51,625 nucleotides of DNA from NCBI RefSeq assembly GCF_902713615.1, contig NW_024055437.1, forward strand, positions 310,001-361,625. The letters run 5' to 3'. The notes beneath the pieces were generated by a model. It was not told where the DNA came from. It worked only from the letters and a program-made list of their open reading frames with translations, and did not search any database. Positions 12,420 through 23,670 of the stretch are shown here, in pieces. Numbering within the stretch: position 1 is the first letter of the stretch; the number at the start of each line of letters is the position of its first letter. The translations under genes and the position numbers were made by a program. This DNA comes from Scyliorhinus canicula (lineage: Eukaryota).

Positions 12420-14290
12420 GCGTGGGTATGTACAGGCAGTATCCACTAAAACAACAAGCTTTTCCCAGCCTGGGCTCTCATTCAGTCACGGCATTACTAG
12501 GCCAGCTCCAAACTCAGCATCTCACCATAGCTCGACAGAACAAGTATGAGATTTATCTCTTGAACAATCCAAAGCTCCAATTCCACCATTGCACCACTAT
12601 TAATCCTGCAAATTTTCTCACCGATCCACCGCTTGAGCAAGAACACACTGGACACGATTGCATGTCACTTATAAAGGACGATTCATCTGTCAGGGAGGAC
12701 CTGTCGGATGCCCCTCTTAATAACCCAGACCTGACCATGTTCACAGATGGAAGTGCTTCCATCGGTGAAAGGGGGGAGCGGTTACCAGGATATGCTATAG
12801 TAAATCAGGACGGGAAAACCTTGGAGGCAGCAGCCTTTGAAACCCCGTTCTCAGCCCAACAAGCCGAGTTATTTGCCCTAATTCGCGCCTGTGTCCTCGG
12901 AAGGGATTTATGGGTGACTATTTATACAGACTAGATATGCCTTTGTAGTCACGCATGGCTTTGGCCAAGTATAAGGGAAAAAAAGACAATTTTTGTTAAA
13001 CATATTGACTTTTAAAAAAATAAACAAGAAACCAATTTACTTCTCAGATAAATATTTAAATTCTATTCAAGTATATGTACAAAAGGTGACTATTTTCCCA
13101 AGAGCATAAAGAAAAAGGCTGCAGCACTACTGACTGTGATAATAATGCACTGCCCATACATCGGGTAAAACCCCCCAACAGATATAGGAAATAAACAGGC
13201 AGACCACTAAACCAAAGAAGCTTCCCAATGGAAGGCGATGGTGGTGAGTCAGACTAAAAACATCACCAAGCCAGTCTCCCTCGGAAAAGCCAATGCCAAA
13301 TATTATCAACGTCGTTAAGTTGCAGGATGCTCCTAAAAGTATGAAAGAGTTGTGGGAAGATTGGGGTGTCATCATGATGCACGTAACTAAGTTGTGGGTC
13401 ACCCCGGCAGGACAAACTTATATGACCGACGCCTTGGCAGCCTGGGTCACTGAATGTGTTCACTTTGCAACTCATTGTGGTGCACGAGCTACGGATGATA
13501 TATTGCTGAAGACTTGGTGGCATCCAAGCTGCAGGAAATAGCACAAAACATTAGCAGTCGTTGCCTGGTATGTCAGCGATATAACCCTGGGAAAGCAATA
13601 CCCTGTGAAATGGGTAAAAGCCCGTTACTGGAAGGTCCCTTTGAGACACTCCAGATGGATTACATCGAGTTGGAAAAATGCCAATGTCATAAACATGTAT
13701 TGGTTATTGTTGATGTATTTAGTAAGTGGATAGAGGCTTACCCCACTGTAGATAACAAAGCTTCCACAGTAGTAAAAAGTTTTGATGAGAGAATTTGTTC
13801 CTAGATTTGGGATTCCACATCGATTAAGCTCTGATAATGGACCTCATTTTGTGGGACAGATCAATAAGGAATTTTGTACTCAGCTGGGAATAAAACAACA
13901 ATTACATTGCGCGTACCGACCCCAGGCAGCAAGAATGGAAGAAAGAGCTAATCAGACATTAAAAACGAAACTGGCAAAACTACAGGCAGAACTAGAGACT
14001 TTAGCCACTTGGCTCAAATTATTGCCGATTGCCCTCTTCCAGATACGTGCAACCCCAGCCGGAAAGCCACGACTGAGTCCCGCCAAAATTCTATACGTCA
14101 GACCCTCTCGCACTCCCTGGGATCAAGAAAACAATGACTACTGAAATGGCCAACTATGTGATAACCTTAATTAAGGTGTTGAAAGGCCTCCATTCACGGG
14201 TGTGAGCTGCTTATGAGGAAATACCTCCCTTCTGTCACTATTATCCGGGAGAGTATCTCCTGATTCGTAATTGGATTAGGAAAGGACTGG
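12420..14290 (+). pseudogene. pol: Class I (gamma/epsilon-like) ERV pol remnant: tether, RNase H, integrase; RT missing
   Basis: FTDGS / AQQAELFAL / YTD RNase H acids; integrase H-x3-H...C-x2-C, MDY, SDNG, EERAN (DDE); several stops and frameshifts. Confidence 0.92.
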
Positions 14291-14396
14291 GGAAAAATGC
14301 CTGAACCCACATCCATCATTGTAAGGCCTTGAAGTAACATGAAAAGTAACCTTTTTGTTTCCAAGCCCTAGGTTACTGTTCCACCCAGCCTGTAGG

Positions 14397-14983
14397 GTGA
14401 AGTACCTACTTATCACCGTAGTCCTGCTGGGACTCTTGCAGACAAATGGGGAGGCCAAGCAAAGAACCTGTGGAGGTAGCGGAAAATGAGTCCATCACGT
14501 GTCAAGACGACCCTTTACGCTGCATCAACAACGGCCCTGAGGAAGGAGGAATGTGACCCCAGTGGACGGATGTTCGACCTACGTGTGACAACCTCACCAA
14601 ACCCTGACCTTGATGGAAGAACTGAAGGAAGATTGCCCTGCCATCGGATCGGATGTAGATGGGACTATAGCTGCAAAAAACAGGCATAGTACCGCCAGGA
14701 CAAAAGTATAAGGGAGGGATGTGTTAGTGAAGTACAACCCTTGAAAGGACAAGGCAGAAAAGGGAATTACATATAAACACATATCTGGCGGATCATGGGG
14801 GTCTTATCTGTGCATTGATTAGTGATCCTGGGAGTGGTAACACTTATAATAATCATGCTTAGCTTCCTAATGAAATGCTTGTGCAAAAGTGTCAGTACAG
14901 CAGTAATTCCACAACAGTTAATACAGCAACATGAAGTGAGCCTAATGGATGAGAAAGAGATGCAGAGGGAAGGAGGAAAATGA
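14397..14983 (+). pseudogene. env: Internally deleted env: signal peptide, short SU, TM anchor and cytoplasmic tail
   Basis: VKYLLITVVLLGLLQTNGEA at 14397; LVILGVVTLIIIMLSFLMKCLCK...* ending 14983; lies between integrase and PPT. Confidence 0.6.
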
Positions 14984-15051
14984 TAGAAGTGCAGGTAGAA
15001 TGGGACAGACTGAGACAAGTGGCTATGGATTAGAAGTTATCATGAAATGAT

Positions 15052-15061
15052 AAAAGGGGAA
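15052..15061 (+). promoter_or_regulatory. Polypurine tract
   Basis: AAAAGGGGAA immediately before the TG of the 3' LTR. Confidence 0.8.
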
Positions 15062-15565
15062 TGAGAGTTTGGCTCAAGTTAGAATCAGAGCTTAATGGGA
15101 ATGGATGAGAGATTGGTCAAGTTAAAAATCAGAGCTTGATGGGTAATGGGATGTCAAGCTTGTATACGTGCATTGTGAAATGAATAGCTTCTGCGAGAAA
15201 GCGTTATCACGGCCTTGGCGTCTGGAAAGCCTGTGAACCATCCATGGGAGACTGTAACTGTTTGTGAGAACTACACTCCTCAGGACTGTCGATAAAAGCT
15301 TGCTATACTATGAAACAAACTAATTATTATTAATGATGGGAAAAAATAATTACTTAAAGGAGGGGCGTAATGAGCTAATTGTATCACTAATGATTGAAAG
15401 GCTTGATGGGTTTTTGTAAGAATATAGTCAACTGTAACTAAGAGAAATGTGCTTTTCACTTGAGTTACAGCTGTGTTGCAGGCCCCGCAGTAAATAAAAG
15501 GTTCTTTAAGTTACCTGGTGTTCGACTGCTGATTACCCCTGGACTGCAAAAATTTAGTATTTTCA
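15062..15565 (+). mobile_element. ERV 3' LTR (504 bp, internal U3 duplication)
   Basis: Starts TGAGAGTTTGGCTCAAGTTAGAATCAGA like 7585, ends AATTTAGTATTTTCA; visibly diverged from the 5' LTR. Confidence 0.9.
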
Positions 15566-15799
15566 TTTTCATAGCATAAAACAAGAATTAAATTCATGAT
15601 TATTCAGTAGTTAACATTGATTATCATTAGTGAATTGGTGTATTAGGTAATTATATTGCAAAGACTAGATCTTTATTTTTAATAATAATACTATCAACCA
15701 AAATCTTTCCAGAAACTGCAGAACTATCAGAATTTGTTTGAAAAATAAATTACTTTTATATTTTGAGAAGTTTACAAGACATCATACTCCTGCCAGAGA

Positions 15800-16170
15800 C
15801 TATGTGGGCTGGGCATTGGAGCAATGGAATTGGTTACTGGGCTAGTAATCCACAGACCCAGGTTATGCTCGGGGATCTGGGATCGAAGCTGCCGATGACA
15901 TATTGAATTTGAATAAAATCTCAAATTAAAAGTCGAATGATGACATTGTTGATTGTTTTAAAAACCCATCTGGTTCATGAATGTTTTTCAGGAATCTGCT
16001 ACTCCTTATGTGGCCTGTCCTACATGTGACCCCCAGTTCCACAGCAATGTTGTGGTTGATTTGTAAGTGCCCTCTGAAATAGCCTCACAAGACACGCAGT
16101 TCAGGGGCAATTGGAATGAGCAGTAAATGCTGGTCCAGACAGTGACTCCCACCTCCCATGAATGAATAAT
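15800..16170 (+). mobile_element. DeuSINE (SacSINE1-like)
   Basis: Deu-domain-like AAAACCCATCTGGTTCA...CCTACATGTGAC...GCCCTCTGAAAT and CR1-type tail ending TGAATGAATAA. Confidence 0.65.
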
Positions 16171-17129
16171 TTTTTAAGGCGGCTCATTGTTCAATCTGAA
16201 GATTAGTCAGAACTGTCTGTTTGATTGGATTTGATTTATTGTCACATGTACCCGAGGTAGTGAAAGGTTTTGTTCTGCGTACAGTCCAGAAAGATCATTC
16301 CATACTTGAAAAAACTCAGACATACGATAAATACACAATGGTAAATACATAGACACAGATCCCAGGTGAAGCGTAGAGAACTAGTGTATCTTGTATCAAA
16401 TGTATCAATTACAAATTACTGTATTATTAGCTCCAATCTGTAACAGATGATTAAATAAGCAGTGATCCTTATTGATTTACAATTAAACAATAATGAATCA
16501 GTAGTTATAGTAAAAGTTTGAGTTTTATTTGTTGTAAAAATGTAAAAGCTTCATTGCTGTGTATAAAGATGTGTATTGAGGATAAATATAGCAGCAAGAG
16601 AGACCTTCCAACTCTGATTCGCCTCAACATTTAGAACTATGTAAGGAATTGTGCAGAATAGGTAAAGGGCTGTTATGAAACTGTTCGATTGTATTCCTGT
16701 CAAAAGTAATGAGAGAAGGTGGTGTCAGTAATTAAAGATCCAATTCAATTAAATAGCGCCCAATTGACCAATGGTTATGTTACAACAGGCCCAACTCTGA
16801 CATGAGATAATGGGTCATTGGGGGTAAAAGTCGAGATTCTGAAGGTCTTCCCTGATGGCCAAGTACTGAAGACTCTCGAGGCCGACTTCCAAGGAAATTA
16901 CGGAGGAGCCAGGGAGGGTTTACGCTTCTACAGACTGGTCACCACCTTGAAGTAAACGTCAATGTCTTCAAGTCAGTCAGTAAAGCTTCTCTTTAAAAAG
17001 ACCAGAAATGGTCGTACCAGGAAGAATTAGTTGAGCAGCGAAGCTGACTGTAGAACCTGCAGCGCGGGAAAGCATGGCGGAGGCGCAGGATCCCGGTTTG
17101 GTGGCAGTGGGTCAATTTTACTGCGGGGT

Positions 17130-17372
17130 GGGCAGCACGGTGGCCTAGTGGTTAGCACACCGCCTCACGTGCGCTGAGGGCCCAGGTTCGATCCCGGCTC
17201 TGGGTCACTGTCCGTGTGGAGTTTGCACGTTCTCCCCGTGTCTGCGTGGGTTTCACACCCCACAATCCAAAAATGTGCAGAGTAGGTGGATTGGCCATGC
17301 TACATTGCCCCTTAATTGTAAAAAATAATTGGCTAATCTAAATTTTTTTTTTTTAATTTAAATTTTTTTTAC
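17130..17372 (+). mobile_element. Short HE1/V-SINE with T-rich tail and target-site duplication
   Basis: tRNA head GGGCAGCACGGTGG...GGTTCGATCCC, V-domain, flanked by TACTGCGGG(G)T on both sides (17119 and 17373). Confidence 0.85.
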
Positions 17373-17864
17373 TACTGCGGGTGGAGTTCATTCAGGAGAG
17401 CTTCGCCAAGCAAATGAAGGCACCAGAAGTCAAAAGGATGAAATTTAGAGACAGTTTGGTCCGTGGGCTCGTGGAAGGGAGGGAAGCAGCCGAGGCAGCT
17501 GATCGGATTGACTCAATCTCAGTCACAAAGAAGCTCCACAAGCTCCTCACACTTCCTGTTGGGGTGTGGATGGAAGATACAGGGGAGAGCGAGAATACTT
17601 CAAAAGGAGCTAACTTGTGTCAGAGATATTCAAAATTTTCAACACTGCGTATTTAACATAATTCTAATTTATTTACCTGTCTTTCCCTTTTAATATCTTA
17701 AATACTTCAATCAGATCAGACCTAAAATGTCTAAATTTTGGTGAAAACAGGCCTAATTTGTCGTTAAAACTTTGGGTCAGAGCTTCTGAAATCTCTCCCT
17801 CGCCTCCCACAGCATCCTGGGACACAATTCATTCAGACCCGGTAATCTAATAATCTTCTGGCCG

Positions 17865-18165
17865 GCACAATAGCAGAGTGGTTAGCACTGCTGCTTCACA
17901 GGGCCAGGGAACCGGGTTCGATTCCGAGCTTGGTTCACTGTCTGTGCAGAGTCTGCACGTTCTTCCCGTGTCTGTGTGGGTTTCCTCCGGGAGCTCCGGG
18001 TTCCTCCCACAAGTCCCGAAATATGAGCCTGTTAGGTGAATTGGACATTCTGAATTCTCCCTCTGTGTACCAGAACAGGCTCCGGAATGTGGCGACTAGG
18101 GGATTTTCATAGTAACTTCATTGCAGTGTTAATGTCAGCTGACTTGTGACAATAATAAAGATTAC
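17865..18165 (+). mobile_element. tRNA-derived V-SINE
   Basis: A/B boxes, GGGTTTCCTCCGGG V-domain, tail GTGGCGACTAGGGG...GTGACAATAATAAAGATTA. Confidence 0.85.
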
Positions 18166-18539
18166 AATGAATGGGTCAAAGAGCCTCTATCCGTGCTGTA
18201 AAGAGAGGGAATGAATGAGAAGGACATTACAGAGAAACTGCCAAAGCCACAACATTCACCAGCTCTAAGGACACACCTTAGTTCCCTTTCCAATCTGAAA
18301 GCAGCCTGAGCTGGATTTACATTCCCCTTAATTCATCATTGCTGGGTGATAATCCTGTACTTCCTTACCTCACACCACTGTGACAGCACCTTCACTACAC
18401 AGACTGCAGCAACTGACCAAACATCACCTTCCCAGTTATTCCTGAAGGCACCGCCTTCCCAACCTGTCCCCTTGCCTGAGGTGTGGTGATCCTCAGGTCA
18501 CATGACCGCCGGTCAGCTCTCTCTCCCGGGACCAGGCCC

Positions 18540-18600
18540 TGCGTCACAGCCACCAGCTTGGGGAAGCAGAGCGCATGCGCTAGCGTCTTGGTGACGCAAC
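18540..18600 (+). promoter_or_regulatory. Second NRF1/CRE-type promoter, probably of the decayed ZNF gene
   Basis: Perfect palindrome GCGCATGCGC 18571-18580 flanked by inverted TGCGTCA (18540-18546) and TGACGCAA (18592-18599). Confidence 0.5.
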
Positions 18601-19774
18601 AGCTGGTGGGCGAGACCTGAAGGTTTCTGTTCCCAGCCGGGTCCTAGTGCCCGAAACAGATTTTGAAAATATTCACCCACTCCCAGGCTGAAGCTGATGG
18701 ATGTTTGTTGCCTGGAGGTGTCTCTGGATTACGTAGACATTCAGTGTGAGAGGCTGCAGCCTCTGTATAGCTACCTGAAGTGGGTTATACAACGTTTGAT
18801 TACATTTCGTGGTCCTTTCCAGTTCATTATCAGGATGTTTGTGTGATATTTTCTTAACATTAGGGTGATATTTCTTTATTTAAAATACATTTCAGCAACA
18901 GGCTTACTGGTGATTTTTAACGGATAGAACATTATTTATTATCACACTATTTCCCTGGATGTTGAACATCTCAGTCTCTCGTCTCTTTCACACTCACTGA
19001 CACAAACAGAAATTAGGTAAAGGTCAAGTTGAAACTGTAATGATGAAAATGGAACGTAGTCTCCAATCTTTATATCGCTGCAGGTATGTTGTCTTCTTGT
19101 TTAGCTGATCCTTTAGTTGGAGTGAAGCGTTTTTAGAAATATATAATTCTCACGAGGCTCTGAAGCTTCTTGTAGATGAAGAGCCAGGAGGTTGGTTCTC
19201 AGGGGGACTTGGAAGCTGGAATAAGTTCAGCCCTGTGGCTGCACTGGGAGACATTCAGCTCTGCTGGTTCAGCTGGTTCCTGGTCCTACAGATGCTTCTC
19301 ACACACACATTTGCTTTGTTCAGGGTTTAGTATACTGCATCCCTGACAATTAACTGCATGGTTAAAACTCTGAGACCCAGAACACCCCGATACAATAGCA
19401 GTTTACGATGCTCACTCACGCTTATCTCTGTCCCCAATTCGAGCTCATTCTCCTGTGTTCAATACGGCACTGGAGATCAACAGTCCATGAGATTTCATAT
19501 TCCTCAAATGCTGGTTCATCCTGACACAACGAGACATTTAAACTTCACAGGTGGCTGTAAATTTTCCTTATGCAGGTCCGTGTTCAACTAAATATGGGTC
19601 ACAGCATCGACTATTGCCCACAGTTTAATGTCCATAATAACATGTTAAGTTGCAGCCACCTTGGCAGAGTTTGTGGATCTTACAGTCTCTAATATCTAGT
19701 ATCCTTGTGCCGAACGTGACATCTTCAATCTACTCTTGGGTCTGATTAATAGTCTGCATTGTAGCTGGGTGGGA

Positions 19775-20048
19775 TGGGTGGCATGGTAGCAAAGTGGATA
19801 GCAATGTTGCTTCACAGCTCCACGGTCCCAGATTCGATGCACAGCTTGGGTCACTGTCTGTGTGGAGTCTGCACGTTCATCCCGTGGGTTTCCTCGGGTG
19901 CTCCTGTTTCCTCCCACAAGTCCCGAAAGACGTGCTGTTTGGTGAATTGGACATTCTGAATTCTGAATTCTCCCTCTGTGTATCCAAACGCGCGCCGGAA
20001 TGCGGCAACTAGGGGCTTTTCACATGTAAGCTTACATGTGACAATAAA
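19775..20048 (+). mobile_element. tRNA-derived V-SINE
   Basis: Same family as 17865-18165. Confidence 0.85.
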
Positions 20049-20387
20049 GATTATTATTATGGAGGGGGTGGTGATTACTCTGGCTGCCGACTTCTGTTCC
20101 GTGGTCTTGTCTATTCCCAGTGGCCCTGCAGAGGCAGCATGTGGTATCCACCGGAATGTTTGACACCTTCCACACCCAGTGGCTACCTCAGCGGACAGAG
20201 TGTTTCAGAGACACTGGGAACAATATTCTGGTTCAGTTGGGAAGGTTCCCTACACTTTTGTTGGGGCTTCTGGCTGATTTTGGTCGTTTATTTTGACTGG
20301 ACCACATGCTTGGGGAAAGCAAGAGCAGAAAGAAGGTCTAATAGAAACTAGAATGATCTGTTGTGAATTTCTATCCCATTCTTACAG

Positions 20388-20662
20388 TGATCATTTTTGG
20401 AAACCTATTTCAGACATCAGAATGGGAGGATTGGCAGCTGGGCAACTCCAACCAAATTTAACATCAAGATCTGACAGTCACTCAATTCATTAGGATCTAA
20501 ATATCACAAACTGTCAATGTGCTTGTCTGTTCTGACTGTGGGAAGCGATTTCAAACATCAGTGTGACTGGAAAAGCCCCGACACACACACACCTGAGTGG
20601 GAGTGTTCCAGTGAACTGACTGTGGAAAGAGCTTTAACCAGTTACACAGCCTGAAAAATCAT
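20388..20662 (+). pseudogene. Decayed C2H2 zinc-finger last exon
   Basis: Acceptor CTTACAG ends 20387; 5' part homologous to 5870-5930 (ACATCA(A/G)GATCTGACAG..CTCAATT); from 20528 reads CSDCGKRFQTSV*LEKPRHTHT*VGVFQ*TDCGKSFNQLHSLKNH with three stops; cut by CR1 at 20664. Confidence 0.8.
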
Positions 20663-20663
20663 C

Positions 20664-20790
20664 TTGTTTCCTCTTGTGGGAGAGTCTAGCACGACAGGGC
20701 ATAATCTATGAGTAAGGAGTCTCAAATTTAGGACAGAAATGAGGAGATATTCTTCCAACAGAGGGTAGTGAATCTGTGGAATTCTTCAGC
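20664..20790 (+). mobile_element. CR1 3' fragment truncating the ZNF pseudogene
   Basis: TTGTTTCCTCTTGTGGGAGAGTCTAG...TTTAGGACAGAAATGAGG...CAGAGGGTAGTGAATCTGTGGAATTC. Confidence 0.75.
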
Positions 20791-21078
20791 TGGCATTCTG
20801 TCTCTGGAGTTTACCATCAATAGGCAGAGGTGAAGTTGGCTTTACCCGGATGGGCCGCTTGGTGGCGCAGTGGCTCTTTCACTGAGGGGCCTTGAGTTCA
20901 GACACATCCCAGACAGGACTGGTGAGAAATATCTGTCTGGGAAAGGGGAGACAACTGTATAATCGGGGAAAAGGATTAGTGCCGATGGACCTGAGAGAAA
21001 TTAGTTCAGCAAAGTCTTACTGTCTTCATTTTTCATTCAATATTAATTAAAATTTCTGAGAAAATATTACACAAAAGT

Positions 21079-21084
21079 TTATTT
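21079..21084 (-). terminator. Candidate membrane-form poly(A) signal
   Basis: AATAAA about 400 nt 3' of the TM2 stop, followed by a U/G-rich stretch. Confidence 0.55.
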
Positions 21085-21481
21085 TGATGTTTACAAAAGG
21101 GAACATAGCGATTGAGGGTCACAGTGTGAACAGAACACATGCCCTCTGAGCTGCAAAATGTATGTACAACTGTAACAGACACAAGAGAGAACAGGAGCTC
21201 AACATAAAGAGAAGGCAGCAGTTATATAAGGAACGAGATAAGTTACTTATTTAGACGTGACATTGAGGGAAATTATTAGTTACAATTATATTACAATTAT
21301 ATCTCGTACATTTCAAACTGAAAGCAGAAATACTGTCCATGATTGTCTCAGTTACAGATGCAGAATAATAAACTGAGAGAATTTTACTGTTAGAGTCACC
21401 AAGAGGAGATAATGTATTTCTGTCACACACAGATCATAATAAACAGCTGAGGAAAATCTACAGCGTCCGAACGTCAACCGA

Positions 21482-21490
21482 TCACTTGAT
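21482..21490 (-). CDS. IGHM: IgM TM2 exon coding part (I-K-stop)
   Basis: Acceptor TCTCTCTCTTTTACAG then ATC AAG TGA; gives cytoplasmic K-I-K. Confidence 0.85.
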   Translation of the reverse strand: MK

Positions 21491-21628
21491 CTGTAAAAGA
21501 GAGAGAAAATGATGAAGCAGATGTTTATGATCTGGGACATTGATGTTAGAGTTTTTAATCAATCAAACATTTATGGTTTCTAAAAGGCTTCTGTCGGTTT
21601 GAAGGGTGAGTGGATTGAATCTTCTCAC

Positions 21629-21756
21629 CTTCACCAGAGTGACAGCAGTGCTGTAGGACATGCTCAGGACGAACAGTGTGATGAATGTGGAAGCGGTTGT
21701 CCAGATGTTCCCGTTATCATCCTCATTGTCTTCAGTCCAGGTGTGGTCTGTGGCAT
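21629..21756 (-). CDS. IGHM: IgM TM1 exon
   Basis: AG/GT bounded, 128 nt, phase 1; DATDHTWTEDNEDDNGNIWTTASTFITLFVLSMSYSTAVTLVK with antigen-receptor TM (CART) motif. Confidence 0.95.
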
Positions 21757-21909
21757 CTACGAGGACAGAGCCCAATAAATATATTAAGTTGTTTATTAAT
21801 CCAGGATATATTGTTAATATTCTCATTTAATTTTCTTTATCTGATCATTCATTCTCTAATATATTTTTCATTGCATAGCTACTGTAGAGTTCGTGACACT
21901 CAACAACCG

Positions 21910-23670
21910 ATCTCTGTAACTTTCTTTTTCCAATTTAGAGGCAGTTTAGCGTGGCCAATCCATCTACCCTGTACATCTTTGGATTGTGGAGGTCAAACCC
22001 ACGGACACGGACAGTCACCCAGGATCAAGATCGAACCCAGGTCCTCGGCGCCGTGAGGCAGCAGTGCTAACCACTGCGCCACCATGCCGCCCCTTGCCTG
22101 ACATTTGTATTTGTTCTTTAGCATTTGTGTCTGTGTGGATGGGGATCTCATGTTTTGCTTCTTTTGTCTGTCCAGATGTATGTAAAATGCCATTGTGTGT
22201 GTTCATGTGCCAATGAGTACTGATCTGTGTATTTGTGTGTCAGCGCCTGTATGTATACTTTGTTTATCTTCTATCAGTGTGGAGATATGAGTGTGTTATT
22301 TATTTTTTTCATAAATTTAGTGTACACAATTCATTTTTATTCCAATTAAGAGGCAATGTAGCGTGTCCAATCCACCGAGCCTGCACACATTTTGGGTTGT
22401 GGGGGCGAAACCCACGCAAACATGAGTAGAATGTGCGAACTCCACACAGACAGTGACTCAGAGCCGGGATCGACCCTGTGACTTCGGCGACATGAGGCAT
22501 CAGGGAGAATCCACTGCGCTTCTGTGCTGCCTTAATGAGTCTGTTATTGTGTATGCTTATGTGTTGAAGTCTATGTTTATATATTAATTCCTGGGTTAAT
22601 ATGTGTTTGTATTTTCCTGCCTAGTAATATGTGTTATTGTGTCCATTTGCGTTCATCATGCATGCCAGTGTCTTAATGTTTGTGACTGGATAAGCGCATT
22701 TGTGCTTGTATATCCGTGTGCATGTATATGTGTGTGTGTTTTATCATAGAATTATCATCATAGAATCCCTACAGTGCAGAACGAGGCCATTCGGCTCATC
22801 GAGTCTGCAGCGACCCTGTGAAAGAGCTCCCGACCAAGGTGCACGCTCCCGCCCCACCCTCATAACCTCATAACCTCACTTAACCTTTTGGATACTAAGG
22901 GGCAATGGAGCATGGCCAATCCACCTACCCTGCTCATCATTGGACTGTGGGAGGAAACGGGAGCACCCGGAGGAAACCGATGCAGACACAGGAGAACATG
23001 CAAACTCCACACAGTCAGTCACCCAAGGCTGGAATTGAACCCGGCCTTTGGCACTGGGAGACAGTAGTGCTGTGTATGCGTTGATGAAAAAAAAGGAAAA
23101 TCACTTATTGTCACGAATAGGCTTCAAATGAAGTTAGTGTGAAAAGCCCCTAGTCGCCACATTCCGGCACCTGTTCGGGGAGGCTATTACAGGAATCGAA
23201 CCGTGCTGTTGGCCTGCTTGGTCTGCTTTCAAAGCCAGCAATTTTGCTCTGTGCTAAATGATGGTTGTTTATAGCTATGTATTACTTGTGTATTGATGTC
23301 TCCATGTGCACTAATGTATATTTGTGTTAACATGTGTACGAGTCTGCTGACATATATCTACATGTACCCATAATTGTGGTAATATGGATTATTGTCTCTG
23401 TCCTTAATTCTATACTTCTGTCATCGTGAAATTGTGCGATTGGTTACATTTGTGTTTCATATTCTGATGTTAGTCTACTTGTCTGGTTTTATATGTTTGC
23501 GTTTGCATCTTTGTGTATCTGTGTGGACATGTGGGTGTATGCGTATGTTTGTGTACGCTTGTGCAATGCAAATGCAAATCCGGGGAGGCTGGTACGGGAA
23601 TCGAACCATGCTGCTGACCTGCTTGGTCTGCTTTAAAAGCCAGCGATTCAGCCCAGTGAGCTAAACCAGC
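21910..23670 (-). mobile_element. Cluster of five SINE copies in GT-rich DNA in the CH4-TM1 intron (about 21910-22085, 22310-22500, 22745-23075, 23090-23260, 23580-23670)
   Basis: HE1-type and related tRNA heads and tails, all in the IgM sense orientation. Confidence 0.8.

Noticed and set aside
23566-23579. Two overlapping perfect octamers (ATGCAAATGCAAAT)
   Set aside because: They abut a truncated SINE and resemble that family's simple-repeat tail (compare GAAATGAAAATGAAAT at 45540); more likely incidental
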